Positions 39,150 through 52,586 of a stretch of 64,000 nucleotides of DNA are shown piece after piece; the stretch's first letter is position 1; the number at the start of each line of letters is the position of its first letter. The notes under the pieces are model-generated. The model saw only the letters and a list, made by a program, of their open reading frames with translations, did no database searches and was not told where the DNA came from. Source of the stretch: Selaginella moellendorffii (lineage: Eukaryota; Plantae; Lycopodiophyta); NCBI RefSeq assembly GCF_000143415.4, contig NW_003314270.1, positions 2,287,048 through 2,351,047 of the forward strand. The letters are read 5' to 3'. The translations under genes and the position numbers were made by a program.

Positions 39150-39720
39150 ATTTGATTGGAGCAAAGACTCCAAGCCCTCTAGAAAATTAGATATTATCAA
39201 CTATTCAAGAATATCATTGAATATATCAAGATAATTTGGGTTCAATTTCTCTACAATGTTGCTAAAAAAATTTCAATATGACTATAAGTAGTCTTGACAA
39301 AAAAAAAGTTGAATGCTCACAAAATGTTGGTTTAGCTAAATTAGTCATTAAAAAACACGAGTTAGTGATGGCAAAGGTCAAAACAAAAAGAGGTATCATC
39401 ATAACCCATAAATTTTTAGTGTTATACTAAAATGTGTTGTCCATAAGTTTGAGAAAAATGCATCTTAAACTTAAAATTGATAAAAGGATCAATTTTATGG
39501 TACTTTCTTTTAATTATTTCCTTTTTTCTAAATTTTTCTGTATAAGAGTCAAAATTAGTAGCATATATGTTTTATTATTGCAACCTTTAAACTGTAAAAT
39601 TGCAACATTTACATCTTTGAATTCATGAACTACATAAAACTTGAATGCTCGTAGTTATAAATCCCTCTTTACATTAAAGCATGGAAAATATGTAATCTTC
39701 CTTCCAAACCTATCCTTTGA
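39150..39720 (-). pseudogene. Decayed copy of the active-type trypsin protease
   Basis: TTGGAGCAAAGACTCCAAGC is shared with ~23123; the segment is colinear with 40860-41310. Confidence 0.7.
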
Positions 39721-40554
39721 TGACTGTGTAGTGTTTTCTTGAATAAGTAAAAGAGAGATTAACGATACAAAGTAAAACTAGAAAAGATATATATATTGAT
39801 AAATTAAAAAAAATTAATCTAAAATAAGTGAGCAATGAAAAACATGCCTATCCATAACTAAGTTTTAGAAAATAAATAAAAATAATTACCAATAAATAAG
39901 ATAAATTTTTGGTTATCTATATAGTTGATGGCTAAATGAAAAAATGTTTTTCTTTACTTTTTCTTATTCTTTATTTTTCATAGTTTTACTATATTGTTGC
40001 TTTTATCAATTCTATTGCTATTAGTGATTATCTATTATATATTGTTAGTGAAGATAATAAATTTTCCTCTCAAACCTTTATTACTATCATTTTTCACTCT
40101 ATAAAGCTGTTTATTAGTAATGCAAAATAAAAAAAGAAAATCTCCATTACTACTATTTTTATTATTAATTTTTATAATGAAAATAAATATTAACCATAAA
40201 AATGATTTTCTTCTACTATATTGAAAATATCATTTATCACAACACTCAACTTCTTGTTTATATCATAAATAAGAAAAACAATGTACAAAGTTTTTCTTTA
40301 ATTTTTCTTTCTCCCCTTTTATTTCCTTATACATTATTTTACTCTTTATTTTAATAAAGTCTCTTTATAGTATTGGCGACTCCACTAGGAAAATATATCT
40401 CTTGTGTTATTATATACTAGATGGTCTAGAAATGAAGAAAGTACCAATTTTAGAAAAGTCATGTAATTCATTTCATTTCAAACTTTTTTAGTATTGTGAT
40501 TTTATGCTTTGAGTGATCATTATATGTACTGCAATGAAATGAAATGATGTATTT

Positions 40555-40752
40555 CATTTTCAATATCATGTGCTCACTTTTAATATTATATTCAATATGG
40601 GCTTTATCTTTTGACATTTTAATACACTAACAATGCATCACTTGAAGTATTTAAGTAATATGAAATTACTATATACAAACTAAGTGTTAGTTTTAAAAGA
40701 TCTTGTAGTATTACAATGTTTACAATTTTATTTTAAACCATCTTTACAACCT
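40555..40752 (-). mobile_element. Second Merlin transposase fragment (zinc-ribbon region)
   Basis: Nucleotide duplicate of ~36545-36725; reads GCKDGLK*NCKHCNTTRSF. Confidence 0.65.
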
Positions 40753-40859
40753 TAAGTGAATAGTAAGTATAATAAGGGGTAAATATATAAGAGAGGGGAG
40801 TGTTATATTATACATTTATTCTCTTCAACTTTAGCATTTTAATGTTATCTTTTCTAGAT

Positions 40860-41310
40860 CATTGAGTATATCAAGATATTCTTGCTTCAATATCTCTACA
40901 ATATTACTAAAAAATTTCAACATGAACTCTTATAACTAATCTTGACAAAAAAAAACAATTAAAAGAAATCAATGCTCATAAAACATTAGTTTAGCACAAA
41001 TAGTCACTAAAAACATAATTTTTCTCCTGAGTTAGTGATAGCAAAAATAAAAAAAAGAAGAGGTATCATTATAATTTATGGATTTTCAATAGTAAAGGGA
41101 TCAATTTTATGTTATTTTCTTTTGATTTTTACATTTTTCCCAATTTTTCCTGTATAAGAGTCGATTGATAAAATATATATTTTATTGTTGCAACCTTTAA
41201 GATGTAAAATTACAACATCTAGATATTCAAATTCATGGAGCACATAAAATTTGAATGCTCACAGTTACAAATCCCCCTTAACATTAAAGCATGGAAAATA
41301 TATAATACAT
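40860..41310 (-). pseudogene. Decayed copy of the active-type trypsin protease
   Basis: YFPCFNVKG...AFKFYVLHEFEYLDVVILHLKGCNNKIY versus YFPCYNSAG...AFRFHVVKEDADLDVAILYLEGCNNAVY in the 23 kb gene. Confidence 0.8.
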
Positions 41311-41844
41311 ATGTCTTCTTTTTTAGACTTTGAAATTTGTTGTGAGGTTTCCCCATTGTTGTTAGGATTATTGCTCATAACATAATAGCATATAATGACA
41401 ATATATAATTTTTTACATAATAAATAAAATTTTAATTAAATTTTATAAAAAATATAAATCAAAAACAAAAACAAAGAAACATAACACTACATTTTATAAA
41501 AGAGAGTGAGCAATACATTATTTAAATGTTTTAAAAGTTTATATTTACAGTTAAAAAAAATTTACCTGATACAAACTTTAGCAAATTATGAAAATTTAAC
41601 TTCATTCAACCATTCTAATGGGAATGTAAGCAACAATCCTTAACCTTACCCTTAAGTTAATATTTTTCACCTTATGAACTGCTTTTTATTTTTTTATAAC
41701 TGTCTAGGTGTTCTTCCTCAATAAAGTAAAACAAAGATTAATAATACAAACCAAAGCCAAATAAAATATAAAAAGTTAATAAGTAAAGAAAATTTAATAT
41801 ATAAAAAATATTTTAAATTTAATACTAAAATTTATTTTATTGGT

Positions 41845-42520
41845 GATATGGAGCACAAAATCCAACTTCTTTAAAGCATTGAATATTATCAAATATCCAA
41901 AAATAGAATAATTAGTATTTTAATATTTTCTCTTTTATCTCATTAAGTGATATTTTGGTTTTAATCTCTTAACAATGTTGCTAAAAAACTTTAACATGAA
42001 TTCTTATATGTATTTTTGATAAAAAAAATAATAGTTCTCCCAAAACATCGATTTAACTTAAATAATAACTAAGAAAACATAGTCTTCTTCCCTTTAATTA
42101 ATGTTATACACCCTTTCAACTGTGTGTTATTATTTGATTGTCATTCTAACTTTTCAGTTATATTAAAGTCATTCTTTTTCAATCAATATATTGTTGTAAC
42201 TAACAATTTTATACTCTTATTATTGTCATAGATTTTTAATTTAATGAAGGTAGAAGGGTATGCAATAGAGAAAAAATAGTTTATGATGAACTTATGATGA
42301 ACTTACTTTATGGCAAAAGTCGAAGTAAAAATAGGTATCATCATAAGTGGTGGATTTTCACCACTCTGCTGGAATGCAAGGTTCACAAGTTTGAGAAAGG
42401 ATGCAACTTGAACCTGGAAATGAAAAATAGATCAGTTTATGTAAATTTCTTTTGTTTCTTACCTTCTTCCCTAGTAACTTTTCATGCAAAAGAGCTGAAA
42501 TAGGCTGCATATACATGATA
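41845..42520 (-). pseudogene. Decayed copy of the active-type trypsin protease
   Basis: MYMQPISALLHEKLLGKK|VQVASFLKLVNLAFQQSGEN, with the same intron position as the 23 kb gene. Confidence 0.8.
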
Positions 42521-42589
42521 TATACATCAATCCCTTAAAATATTTCTTTTTATCTTACAAAATTTTAAAAAATATATCTCCATTTTTAA

Positions 42590-43345
42590 AACACTTTTAA
42601 ACCAAGCTTCAATAAAGGTTTCAGGTGGATAGATGGTGTCTTCCAGGATTCATGCATAATGGTGAGTGCATTATGCATTAGTTCATGGTGAGTGAGGTGC
42701 ATATGCTGAACTTTTACTAGAAATTCAATCAGACAATGATTATTTAAGATTGCACACAATCTATTCACTTGAGATCAAGATACCATCAGTCTCTCTTAGG
42801 ATTCTCATATATTGTCTTGCATGCCATCTGTTCACAGTCACTCACCCACACACTATCTGCCTTTTGTCCGATCATCTCAGTCAACAGGTATCCTCCAAAT
42901 TCGCCAAAGTTACATGCATATCTTGATATCTCTTCACCATTGCTCTCGCAAACAATCAACACACCACGAGGCTACCTTTCTCTTGGCCCAAAATCCTTAA
43001 GGGTGAGCTTGAAACCACAGATATTTCTCAAGCATGGACCTTGTCGATGATACTCATTATCGGTACAAGGCTTGAAATCATCCCCCAGATTGTCCAGATC
43101 TAGAAATTGTGGGCCAATTCTAGATGTGTTGTTGAATTACTGATATGTCCACTGTTCCGTCAGTTCCCTATTTTCCTGTTGTAATCGTCAATGCACCTGG
43201 TCATTGAAATCAAGCACATTCATCGCATAACCTCTGACTGTGCATTGGTCACAGATAGTATGCATATTGCAGCAACAAGGAGGAAGGATGTATTCAAATT
43301 GGAGCACATAATCAAATACTTAGCGTGGGCTCGAGCACCACGTTG
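42590..43345 (-). pseudogene. Decayed unknown coding sequence, duplicated at ~47650-48145
   Basis: Two colinear copies with stops; one frame is largely open (GEEISRYACNFGEFGGYLLTEMIGQKADSVW). Confidence 0.5.
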
Positions 43346-43414
43346 ACATAATCAAGCACATTATAGTACTTCTACTGTACGCTGTTGTATTCACTAATCG
43401 GTAAAATAACCATG

Positions 43415-43583
43415 TGTGAGTGCTCGGAATATGGAAAAGGAATACAGAAAATGTGCATAGCCCAAAAACCTTAGTTTATATTCAGGAGCGAGTGGTCTGG
43501 ATTGAAACCAATCCGACGGCTACTAAAATCCCATTACGCTAATATTAGTATACGGCATTGTAGCCGTACACTTGGCCCTCACA
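43415..43583. mobile_element. Solo LTR of family-1 gypsy with 4-bp TSD CATG
   Basis: CATG|TGTGAG...CTCACA|CATG. Confidence 0.92.
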
Positions 43584-43756
43584 CATGGAATATATTTTAA
43601 CGTGAAAGAGTTATGAAATGTAACGTGTTTTGAACTTAATTAAACAGACACACGTTATAGTGGTTACTTCTACTGTACGCTGTTGTATTAGGTAAAATAA
43701 CCATCGGATATATTTTAACGTGAAAGCGTTTAGCTTATGAAGCTTTCTGTGGAGCA

Positions 43757-45060
43757 TTAATCTGTGACATCAATGATGCCGTCGCCAGAGATCTGGAAAC
43801 GAGCTTCTTGCTCTGCTAGGCATGGCGAGCAAACGATCTTGCATATCCGTTCCTCCCTTCGTCCCTTCCGCAATGCTAGTCTGTGAAGAAAGCAGTCAGT
43901 ATTAGTTTAGAGAATAGCTAGAATGAAGTGACCGACACCCGTGTACCTTGTCGTGGAGGCATGGGCGATTATGTTGCCCCCGATGGGCTTGACTTGCGGA
44001 CCAGCGAAAACGGCAGACCCGTCGACTTGTGCCACAACTTGGTTAGTCAGGACCACCGCCACTCCAAACTGTGAAGCGAAATGTTACTCTAAATTTTAAA
44101 GGCAAACGAGCGAGAGAGCGATCGAGAGCTTACCTCGTCTGCCAGTTTCTGTAGGCTTCTTAAGAATCTAGCAAGGTGCATTTTTCTGGCAGATAGTTCA
44201 CCGGGTCCTGAAAAATCGGTCCGATACAGAGCAGTCGCGCTGTCTACTACCATCAAGGCAGGAGAAGGCCAAGAGTGCTTAACATATCAAGGGAAATGCT
44301 TACCGCGATTCAGCCATCATAGACGCCGCCTCCAACAGCAGTTCAGCCCATATCTATCATCCAGAAAATGAAACAATCATAAGAAATCACGAAAAAGAAA
44401 GGAAAACGTGATCCGACCTCTATTTGCAACAATCTCTGTGGCCTGAAAGTTCCTTCAGCATCTGCTTTGCCCTCACCACCTCCATGATCTAATGAAATAG
44501 ACACAAAACTCAGTGATCCATGAAGTCAAAACGAAGATACATACCTGACATGCTACACAAAGCGTATGACACAACTGAGTCTTTCCAGTCCGAAACTCTC
44601 CATAGATCTCAGTTCTGCCCCCCTCGAGGATCTTGTCGAGTTCTTTGGACCCCGATGTTACTTGGATGATCTCGGATCGCTGCTCGTGCATTTGTGCCGC
44701 GCTTGTAAATCCCATTGGAACAAGCTTGGTCGCTTCACTACGCAAGTTCCGTAGAACAATGAGAAGAAAATAAAAACAAAACAAAACCAAAATGTCCATA
44801 ACCCGCTTCAGTGGATCTTGTCGACCTTTATGCCTTTGATCTTGCCTTCTTGGGCGAATAGGCCACCGCTTCAACGGTACAAAACCCTGCCTCTCGGAGC
44901 TTCTTGACATCCACCGCGGAAATGCCACAGTGAGATTTCTGGAATAAGCGCGATCGATCGACACTTACCTGGAGCTGCTCCACGAGCGATGGCCCGTTCT
45001 GGACATGCTGCTGCTCCTCCACATTCATCGCCGCGGGGCCCTTGACCATGGCGCTCATCG
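43757..45060 (-). pseudogene. RAD51: RAD51 pseudogene copy 2
   Basis: Colinear with the intact copy, with multiple small deletions and frameshifts. Confidence 0.88.
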
Positions 45061-45149
45061 CCGCTGCTTGGATGCTTGGATGCCCTAAAAGAGGCACCTT
45101 TAGATGCTATGCTTTATGCCCTTCAGCTGAAGCCTTTACAGTTGGTTTT

Positions 45150-45425
45150 CTTCGTGAGCGCAGCGATGAATTTCTACCCCAAGAAGAAACGAGATTGATC
45201 CTCCAGAGAGAGGCGCGACTGGCAGTGAGTCTCGTGGCTCGCGGCCACAGATCTTCGCCGGCTTTGAGAAGAGCCTAAGATGACGAAACCACGGCGAGGT
45301 TGGCCCATTTGGAACGCTGCATGTCCACTTGGTAAAACCTGGCAGAGCTAGGTAGGACACTGGTTAGTTCCAGAAAACCTTTAGGATAGGAAGAAGAGCC
45401 AGGGTACAAGCACGAAGCCCTGGAC
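45150..45425 (-). pseudogene. Eroded ABCG last-exon fragment
   Basis: Patchy match to 49830-50305. Confidence 0.75.
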
Positions 45426-45665
45426 CAAGTTTTTCAGTGAGACTTAGTGTAGCAATGCTTAATTTTCTTTTGTAATAAACATTAAGAACTTTGATTCACA
45501 ATAGGACAATACTTCCTATTGAATCAGTAGTCCTCCAATCACAGTGGTTGAAAGCTTAAGTTTAGTGTAAGGAATGTCTTAGTATTAGAAGTAGGATCAG
45601 GGTTTCTGTGATGGTACCAAGAATCTCACATGGAGGAGGATGGTGCCATCAAGTGAGTGCGAACA

Positions 45666-45885
45666 TCGGCTGCATGCATAACATGAAGCTCGTCCACCTC
45701 AAGAACGTCTCCATGGAATGCTTTGGAAATGCGCTGCTCAACTGTGGAAGCCTCAAGAATGTGAAGCTTGTCAAGCAGTCCTTGGCTTCCGGGTGGTGAT
45801 TGAGACCCTTCTCTAGAAGCCTTTCAAGAGACATTCTGGAAAATAGGGGGTGCAGGCTGCGATGCATGGACAAGCCAGATTCATA
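45666..45885 (+). pseudogene. F-box/LRR last-exon fragment
   Basis: Duplicate of ~34876-35075. Confidence 0.85.
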
Positions 45886-45957
45886 GGACCTGTGACTAAG
45901 TAAAAGAAAACAAAGGCCTTAGATTTTGGAGCATCAGAGTAGACAAGCATTGTTTCT

Positions 45958-47390
45958 CTAGACAAGTACACAGGTTTTTGCTCTAGGAGCTGACCTTCTA
46001 GGAGCTGATCCGGTCTTGGATCTCCTGCTTGGAAGCTCTTGAGGGAGATCCTTCTCGAAGCCTAGAAAAGAGATTTTAGATGTTAGATTTCCAGATGTAA
46101 GCTTTCTACTTACTTTCAACTGGATGAGCTTCCTTCCATTCATCAATCGGTGTCTTCCACGTCACTGGAGCAAACTGCACAACCCGGTTCAGATGGATGG
46201 CAGCTTTTGCCCCTGCAAGCGAATGTAGTAATCCAATAACACAAAAATAGAAGAGAAAACTTACATAAGTAGACGTCATGCATCTCTTCCGAGACATTGC
46301 GATAAAGCCTTGCATGCTCAAACTCCTTGTCCAAGTCTGCAGTCTTTTGGCATTCCAGATGCCGCCCTTGAAAAGATTGCAGCTTGCGCTTCCTGTCCGT
46401 GTCTCCTCTACCAAGCTTCCCAAGGAACGTGTTTGTAACAACACCGATCAAGCTTCCTCCATCGGCAAACACGGGGGCACCTAGGTCTTGCACAGCCGAC
46501 ACAGGCAGAAAAGCCTCTGGATCCACCGAGAAGACGTTGATAAGATCCATAGACTTGTGGCCACCAAACGTGTACAGTCGCTGGAACAATGGGAGACTGA
46601 TTACTTCCATTTTCAAGCACCCTTCAAATTCTTGCAAGCAGTGGGCTTGCGGCTCCAGGCACACCACCGAGGAAGACAGACGAGAACCAACCTTGCACTC
46701 GTACAAAACTCCTCCTTTGATGCGTGGAAAGCTCACCACGATCACCTTTTCTTCCGCCTTGCCACTGCCACTAAACATCCCTTCGATGCATTGGAGAGCA
46801 GTGATGCAGCTTCCATCTGGCCTGATAAGCGCCACCATTCCCTTGCAGTTCTTGTCGCTGGGAGCTTCTGTCTTGCGAGCTACATTTATTGTACCGACGA
46901 ATCTGCCCACCACCTCTCCCAACACACTCGGAGGCTCGCCAACCAAGCCTTTCATGGAATAGGAATACATCGCTGATCCGAGGTAGAACTCTCTACACAG
47001 CGCATCATTCCACAGGTGGGAGATCGCGATGCGGCGATCTGCTTCCTTCCGCTGCTCGCGAGCTCTCGCAATTCCAATCCCGAGCTTCGTCTTGGCCAAT
47101 GCCGCCTCTGCTTCTTCCTGGGAGAGGCGATTCCTGTTACCCGTGATGACGAGGGGATTCTGCTGGGACTGGCCATCGCCATGGGCATTGGAATTGGCAG
47201 CGATTTGCTCCACCGTCATCACCGAATTCCCATTCGCGTCCTTGAAGAGAGCGGTCTGACCCACACGGAGCGTGGCGGCGTCCAGTCCCCAGTGTGCCGC
47301 AATGCTGTCCACCATCAGATGCTTCGAATCGTGGAGAGGAACGCGCAGCGCCTCGCCTTCTCCATCCTTCCTCACCCACACGCAATCCAT
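45958..47390 (-). CDS. Uncharacterised Ubl-like plus dead trypsin-like protein (paralog B, 3 exons)
   Basis: Open paralog of 26407-27821; CITALQC and QDLGAPVFADGGSLIGVV. Confidence 0.7.
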
Positions 47391-48186
47391 GGAAACCCTA
47401 TACACAAAAGGAGAGAAGTGAGCTCTCTTACAAAAGGAGAGCACGGGCAGCTTCGGCTGGAGTGGAGTTACCTCTCTGCCCATGGATTGAAACAAATGAA
47501 GGTTTGGAGCTTGGGAGTTTCAGTATATATGCGCGGTCGTGGCTAGCTTGAAACGAATTTTACGATATCCTCGCACACGAAGGAACAAGCTCAGTTCCGT
47601 CTGGATCAATCAAACTCCCTCCCATCTCGTAGCTTTCAAATTTAAACTAGACTTCAATAAAGGTCTCAGGTGGATAAATGTTGTCCATGGTGAGTGAGGT
47701 GTATATGCTAAACTTTTATTAGAAATTCAATCAGACAGCGATAGTTTAAGCTTGCAAACATTCTATTCACTCGAGCTCAAGATATACCATCGGTCTCACT
47801 TGGGATTCTCATATGTTGCCTTGCATCTCATCTGTTCACAGTCACTCACCCACACACTATCTGATTTTCGTCCGATCAGCAGAGTCGACAGGTATTCTCC
47901 AAATCCGCCAAAGGTACATCCATAACTTGGTATCTCTTCACCATTGGTCTTGCAAACAATAGATGCACCACGAGGCTCCCATCACTGCTAGCATGCATAC
48001 TGCAGCAACAAGGAAGAGGAAACGAGATTCGATTTGGCAGACATTGTTGTACGCTTGCTGTGCTTGTGCAAGAGCCATGGAGCCTATTTATATTCAAATT
48101 GGAGCACATAAACAAATACTTAGCGTGGTGCTCGAGCACCACGTTCGTTTAGCAGCTTATGAAGCTGGCTCTCTGCTTGTGGAGCA

Positions 48187-49623
48187 TTAATCTGTGACAT
48201 CAATGATGCCGTCGCCAGAGATCTGGAAACGAGCTTCTTGCTCTGCTAGGCATGGCGAGCAAACGATCTTGCATATCCGTTCCTCCCCTCGTCCCTTCCG
48301 CAATGCCAGTCTGTGAAGAAAATAGTGAGCATTAGTTTAGGAAATAGAGCTAGAATGAAGTGACAGACACCCGTGTACCTTGTCGTGGAGGCATGGGCGA
48401 TTATGTTGCCCCCGATGGGCTTGACTTGCGGACCAGCGAAAACGGCAGACCCGTCGACTTGTGCCACAACTTGGTTAGTCAGGACCACCGCCACTCCAAA
48501 CTGTGAAGCAAAATGTTACTCTAAATTTTAAAGGCAAACGAGCGAGAGAGCGATCGAGAGCTTACCTCGTCTGCCAGTTTCTGTAGGCTTCTTAAGAATC
48601 TAGCAAGGTGCATTTGTCTCGCAGATAGTTCACCGCGTCCCGAAAAATCGGTCCGATACAGAGCAGTCGCGCTGTCTACTATCATCAACGCAAACCTGCG
48701 AGGAGAGTGTTCGTGTTTAACTTATCAAGGAAAATGCTTACCTCGATTCAGCCATCATAGACGCCGCCTCCAACAGAAGCTGTGATTGATGATCAGTGTT
48801 GTATGCTCTCGCGTAGGCAATATTGTCCAAAACATCTGCTCCATTCAGCCCATATCTATGTAAAGGAAACGATCATACGGAATCACGAAAAAGAAAGAAA
48901 GACGTGATCCAACCTCTCGGCGATTTGCAACAATCTCTGTGGCCTGAACGTTCCTTCGGCATCTATGTACAACGCTTTGCCTTCACCGCCTCCTTGATCT
49001 AATGGCAGCTTTTAAGAAAACACAAAACTCAGCGATCCATAATGTCAAAACGAACATACATACCTGACATGTTACACAAAGCGTGTGACACAACTGGGTC
49101 TTTCCAGTCCGAAACTCTCCATAGATCTCCGTTATGGAGCCCGTCTCAATGCCCCCTTCCAGGATCTTATCGAGTTCTTTGGACCCCGATGTTATTTGGA
49201 TGATCTCGGATCGCTGCTCGTGCATTTGTGCCGCACTTGTGAATCCCATCGGAACAAGCTTGGTCGCTACGCAAGTTCCATAGAACAATGAGAAAAAAAC
49301 AAAAAACAAAACAGAACCAAAATGTACATACCCGCTTCAGTGATCTTGTCGACCTTAGCCTCGCTTATGCCTTTGATCTTGAGCAGCTCCTTCTTGGGCG
49401 AATAAGCCACCGCTTCGACGGTACAAAACCCTGCCTCTCGGAGCTTCTTGACATCCACCGCGGAAATGCCACAGTGCTGCACACAGGGAGATTTCTGGAA
49501 TAAGCGCCGCCCGATCGATCGATCGACACTTACCTGGAGCTGCTCCACGAGCGATGGTCCGTGCTGGACATGTGGCTGCTCGTCCACATTCATCGCCGTG
49601 GCGCCCTTGTCCATGGCGCTCAT
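48187..49623 (-). CDS. RAD51: DNA repair recombinase RAD51 (apparently intact)
   Basis: [31 protein letters not shown] and [12 protein letters not shown] motifs; all expected exons appear present. Confidence 0.95.
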
Positions 49624-49830
49624 CGCCGCTGCTTGGATGCCCTAAGCTAGATCACTCCTAAAGCGGAGAGAGCGTGTAGTATAAAACCTATCTAGATTTC
49701 CTCCTATTGGCCAGTGTTTGAAATGCAAGCCCGCCATAAAAGGGGCACCTTTAGATTCTATGCTTTATGCCCTTCCACGTGGGCAGGGGATATAATCCGC
49801 TTCAGCTGAAGCCCTTACAGTTGCTGCTTC

Positions 49831-52367
49831 TTAGAGCAGCGATGGCGGGGGTAGAAATTCATCGCTGCTCGATCTGTGGGCGATTGAGCTGCTCTTTCGC
49901 CGCATCTCTGAGAGCTTTGTGACGAGATCCATGGCCTTGATCCTCCAGAGAGAGGCGCGACTGGTAGTGAGTCTCCTGGCTCGCGGCCACAGATCTTCGC
50001 CGGCTTTGATCATCGCGAAGAAGAAGAGCCTATAGATGACGATCATGCTGAAAACCACGGCGAGGTTGGCCCATTTGGAGCGCCGCATGTTCACTTGGTA
50101 GAACTCGGACAGGATGAGGCGGCCGGGGATCGTTGGCAGCGCTGGGAACTTGTTCGAGAAATCAACGCCCAGGAAATCGTTTTGGTACATCCCCTGGAGG
50201 GAGAACATATGGAAGCTGAGGTAGGACACCGGGTACTTCCAGAAAACCTTTGGGATCTCGTTGGGAAGGCGGAAGAACCCGGCTACAAGCATGAAAAAGC
50301 CCTGGAACAAAACATGACAAGTTTTTCAGTGAGATTCATATCAGTCCGGAGAGTTTACCTGGATTCCAGCTCCAGTGATGATACCCATGAGAAAGTTGGG
50401 GACGACGCTCGCCACTGCCATCATCAGGCTTTCCACCACCGAGACGCTACAGAAGAGAATGAGGAGGAAGTAGATGAAGTGGTCGAAGCCCGGGTTAAGT
50501 CCGACCATGTAGTAGCAAATGAATCCCGAGACGAAGCATATGAGGAACAGAAACGGCAGCGACGACAGCGTGTTCGCAATCACGAATGCTGCCACTCCAT
50601 AGTGACCATTCAATCTTTCTCGAGCAAAAACCTGGACATGGACATGGTTGAGTCGAAGAAGAAAACGCAGTACGTCGAACTCACCTTCATATCTTCCACG
50701 AAGGATGGAAAGCCACCAATCGACATGAAAGTGAGGAAACCGGCAACGTAAGCCATACACGAGGCTCTTGCTGCGATGGATTCATACGTCGATCCCACCT
50801 TGAAGTAAATGGTTCCGATGCACAGAGTCAGCAACATGTAGATCGCAAGCCGAAGCCAGTAGTAACCAATGTCTCGGGTCATGTTGACGAAAGATCTGCA
50901 CGTTAGAGTCAAAGACTGTGTAAGAAAGCTGGCCTGGCTTCCATTCGGTTCTGAAACAGTACCATTCTGCAAACAAACTCATCCATCAGTCAAATAGTTG
51001 CCAGGAACGGGAAGTCTTACCAGAGAAGTATACTCGTTTACTTTGGAGTCGGCCCAGAATGCCTGGGTCGACAACGGATAACTATCCAAAAGTATAGCCA
51101 CAACTTCCGTGGCCGTGATTTTGTTCAGAGGGTCACTGGAATCCAGTTGGTCATCGATGTAAGATCCTTTCAGAGTTTGCTTGACTCTGTCAAAGTCCGA
51201 GTTGATGGCTCGCAGAAAATGGTCCGAGGGATTGCGCAGCGGAGGGCAGGGAAATCCCGCTGCGGAGAAATACTGAAGAAAATTTTAAGCGTTCTTTAGC
51301 TGATCAATCAACTTGGAAGAAGTTGGCAGTACCTGGTGAGCCGATCGAGATTCACCAAAGTAAACGGTCCTCCCGTTCGCGAGGAGGAAGAGATCGTCAA
51401 AGAGTGCAAAAACTTCGCTGCTGGGCTGGTGAATCGAGGCCAAAACCGTGCGGCCATCTCTAGCTAGCTTCTGCAGAGTCTTCGTCACAAAAAACGCCGA
51501 AGCACTACACAACAAATGTCAAAAACATTGTCAAGAGACAACTTAGTTTTCCATGAAGAACACGAAGTGTATGCTATACCTGTCAAGACCGCTCGTGGGC
51601 TCGTCCAGAAACAACAAATGTGGCCTTAGAAGGAGCTCCAGAGCAATGCTGACCCTTCTCTTCTCACCGCCGCTAAGCCCCCGCAAGTGCCAATTCCCAA
51701 TGACAGTGTCGGCGCATTCGCTAAGCCCCATCTCCAAGATCGCCGTCTCCACCATGGCGATCTTCTCGGCCAGCGGCATCTTATCAGGCAGCCGCAGCTT
51801 CGCTGAGTAGAAGATCGTCTCTCTAACTGTGAGAGTCCCGATCAAAACATCTTCCTGTGTCACATAAGCCTTACACGAAAAAGAAAAAGAACAAAAGAAA
51901 AATCGGCCCCAAAGAAGAAAGAAAACTAAGATCACTCACAGCCGTTCCAAACGAGGTCTTTTGCTTCTGCCCGTTGATCCACACGCTCCCTTCTCTCTTG
52001 GCATTCCTCGCAAGCCTCCCTGTGACGCCAAGATCACGCAAGATTCCCGAAATTTCAAGAGACATCGATGCAAGCACACGATATTACCAGCGAGGGAGTC
52101 GAGCAGCGTCGATTTCCCGGAGCCGGACGGTCCCATCACGGCCAGCAATCGCCCGGGCTCGGCATAGCCTGTCAATCCGTGAAGAACCTTGCGCGCCTGC
52201 CCTCCCTGACTGGAAGAAACCGAGACCGTGAGGTCTCGCCATGCCAGAACCACGGACGATGTCGTCGCCTTGGCCGCCACTTCCTTCTCCTCCTCCTCCG
52301 CTCGCTTGCGCACCTTGCTAGCATCCAAAACGACATCGATCATCCTCACCCAGTCTGCCGCCGCCAT
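49831..52367 (-). CDS. ABCG half transporter (WBC/ABCG11-like)
   Basis: [17 protein letters not shown] and LDEPTSGLD motifs; C-terminal ABC2 membrane domain. Confidence 0.95.
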
Positions 52368-52586
52368 TGTGAAGCCGGATTGATGGATCCGCTTGAGGAG
52401 GCGGCCAAGTGGAGAGGATTTATAGAGCGCGAGCAGCAGTAGCAATTCCCCCTCATGGCGCAGATCATCGAGGACGTCGCGAAAATCTGGGAGCCATAGC
52501 GTGCGCTTGAAACGCGGGTTTTACCGCCGGGCGGGAAAATCCATCTCGAATCGCAGCCGTCAGACTAAACATCACGATCCAGCCGT

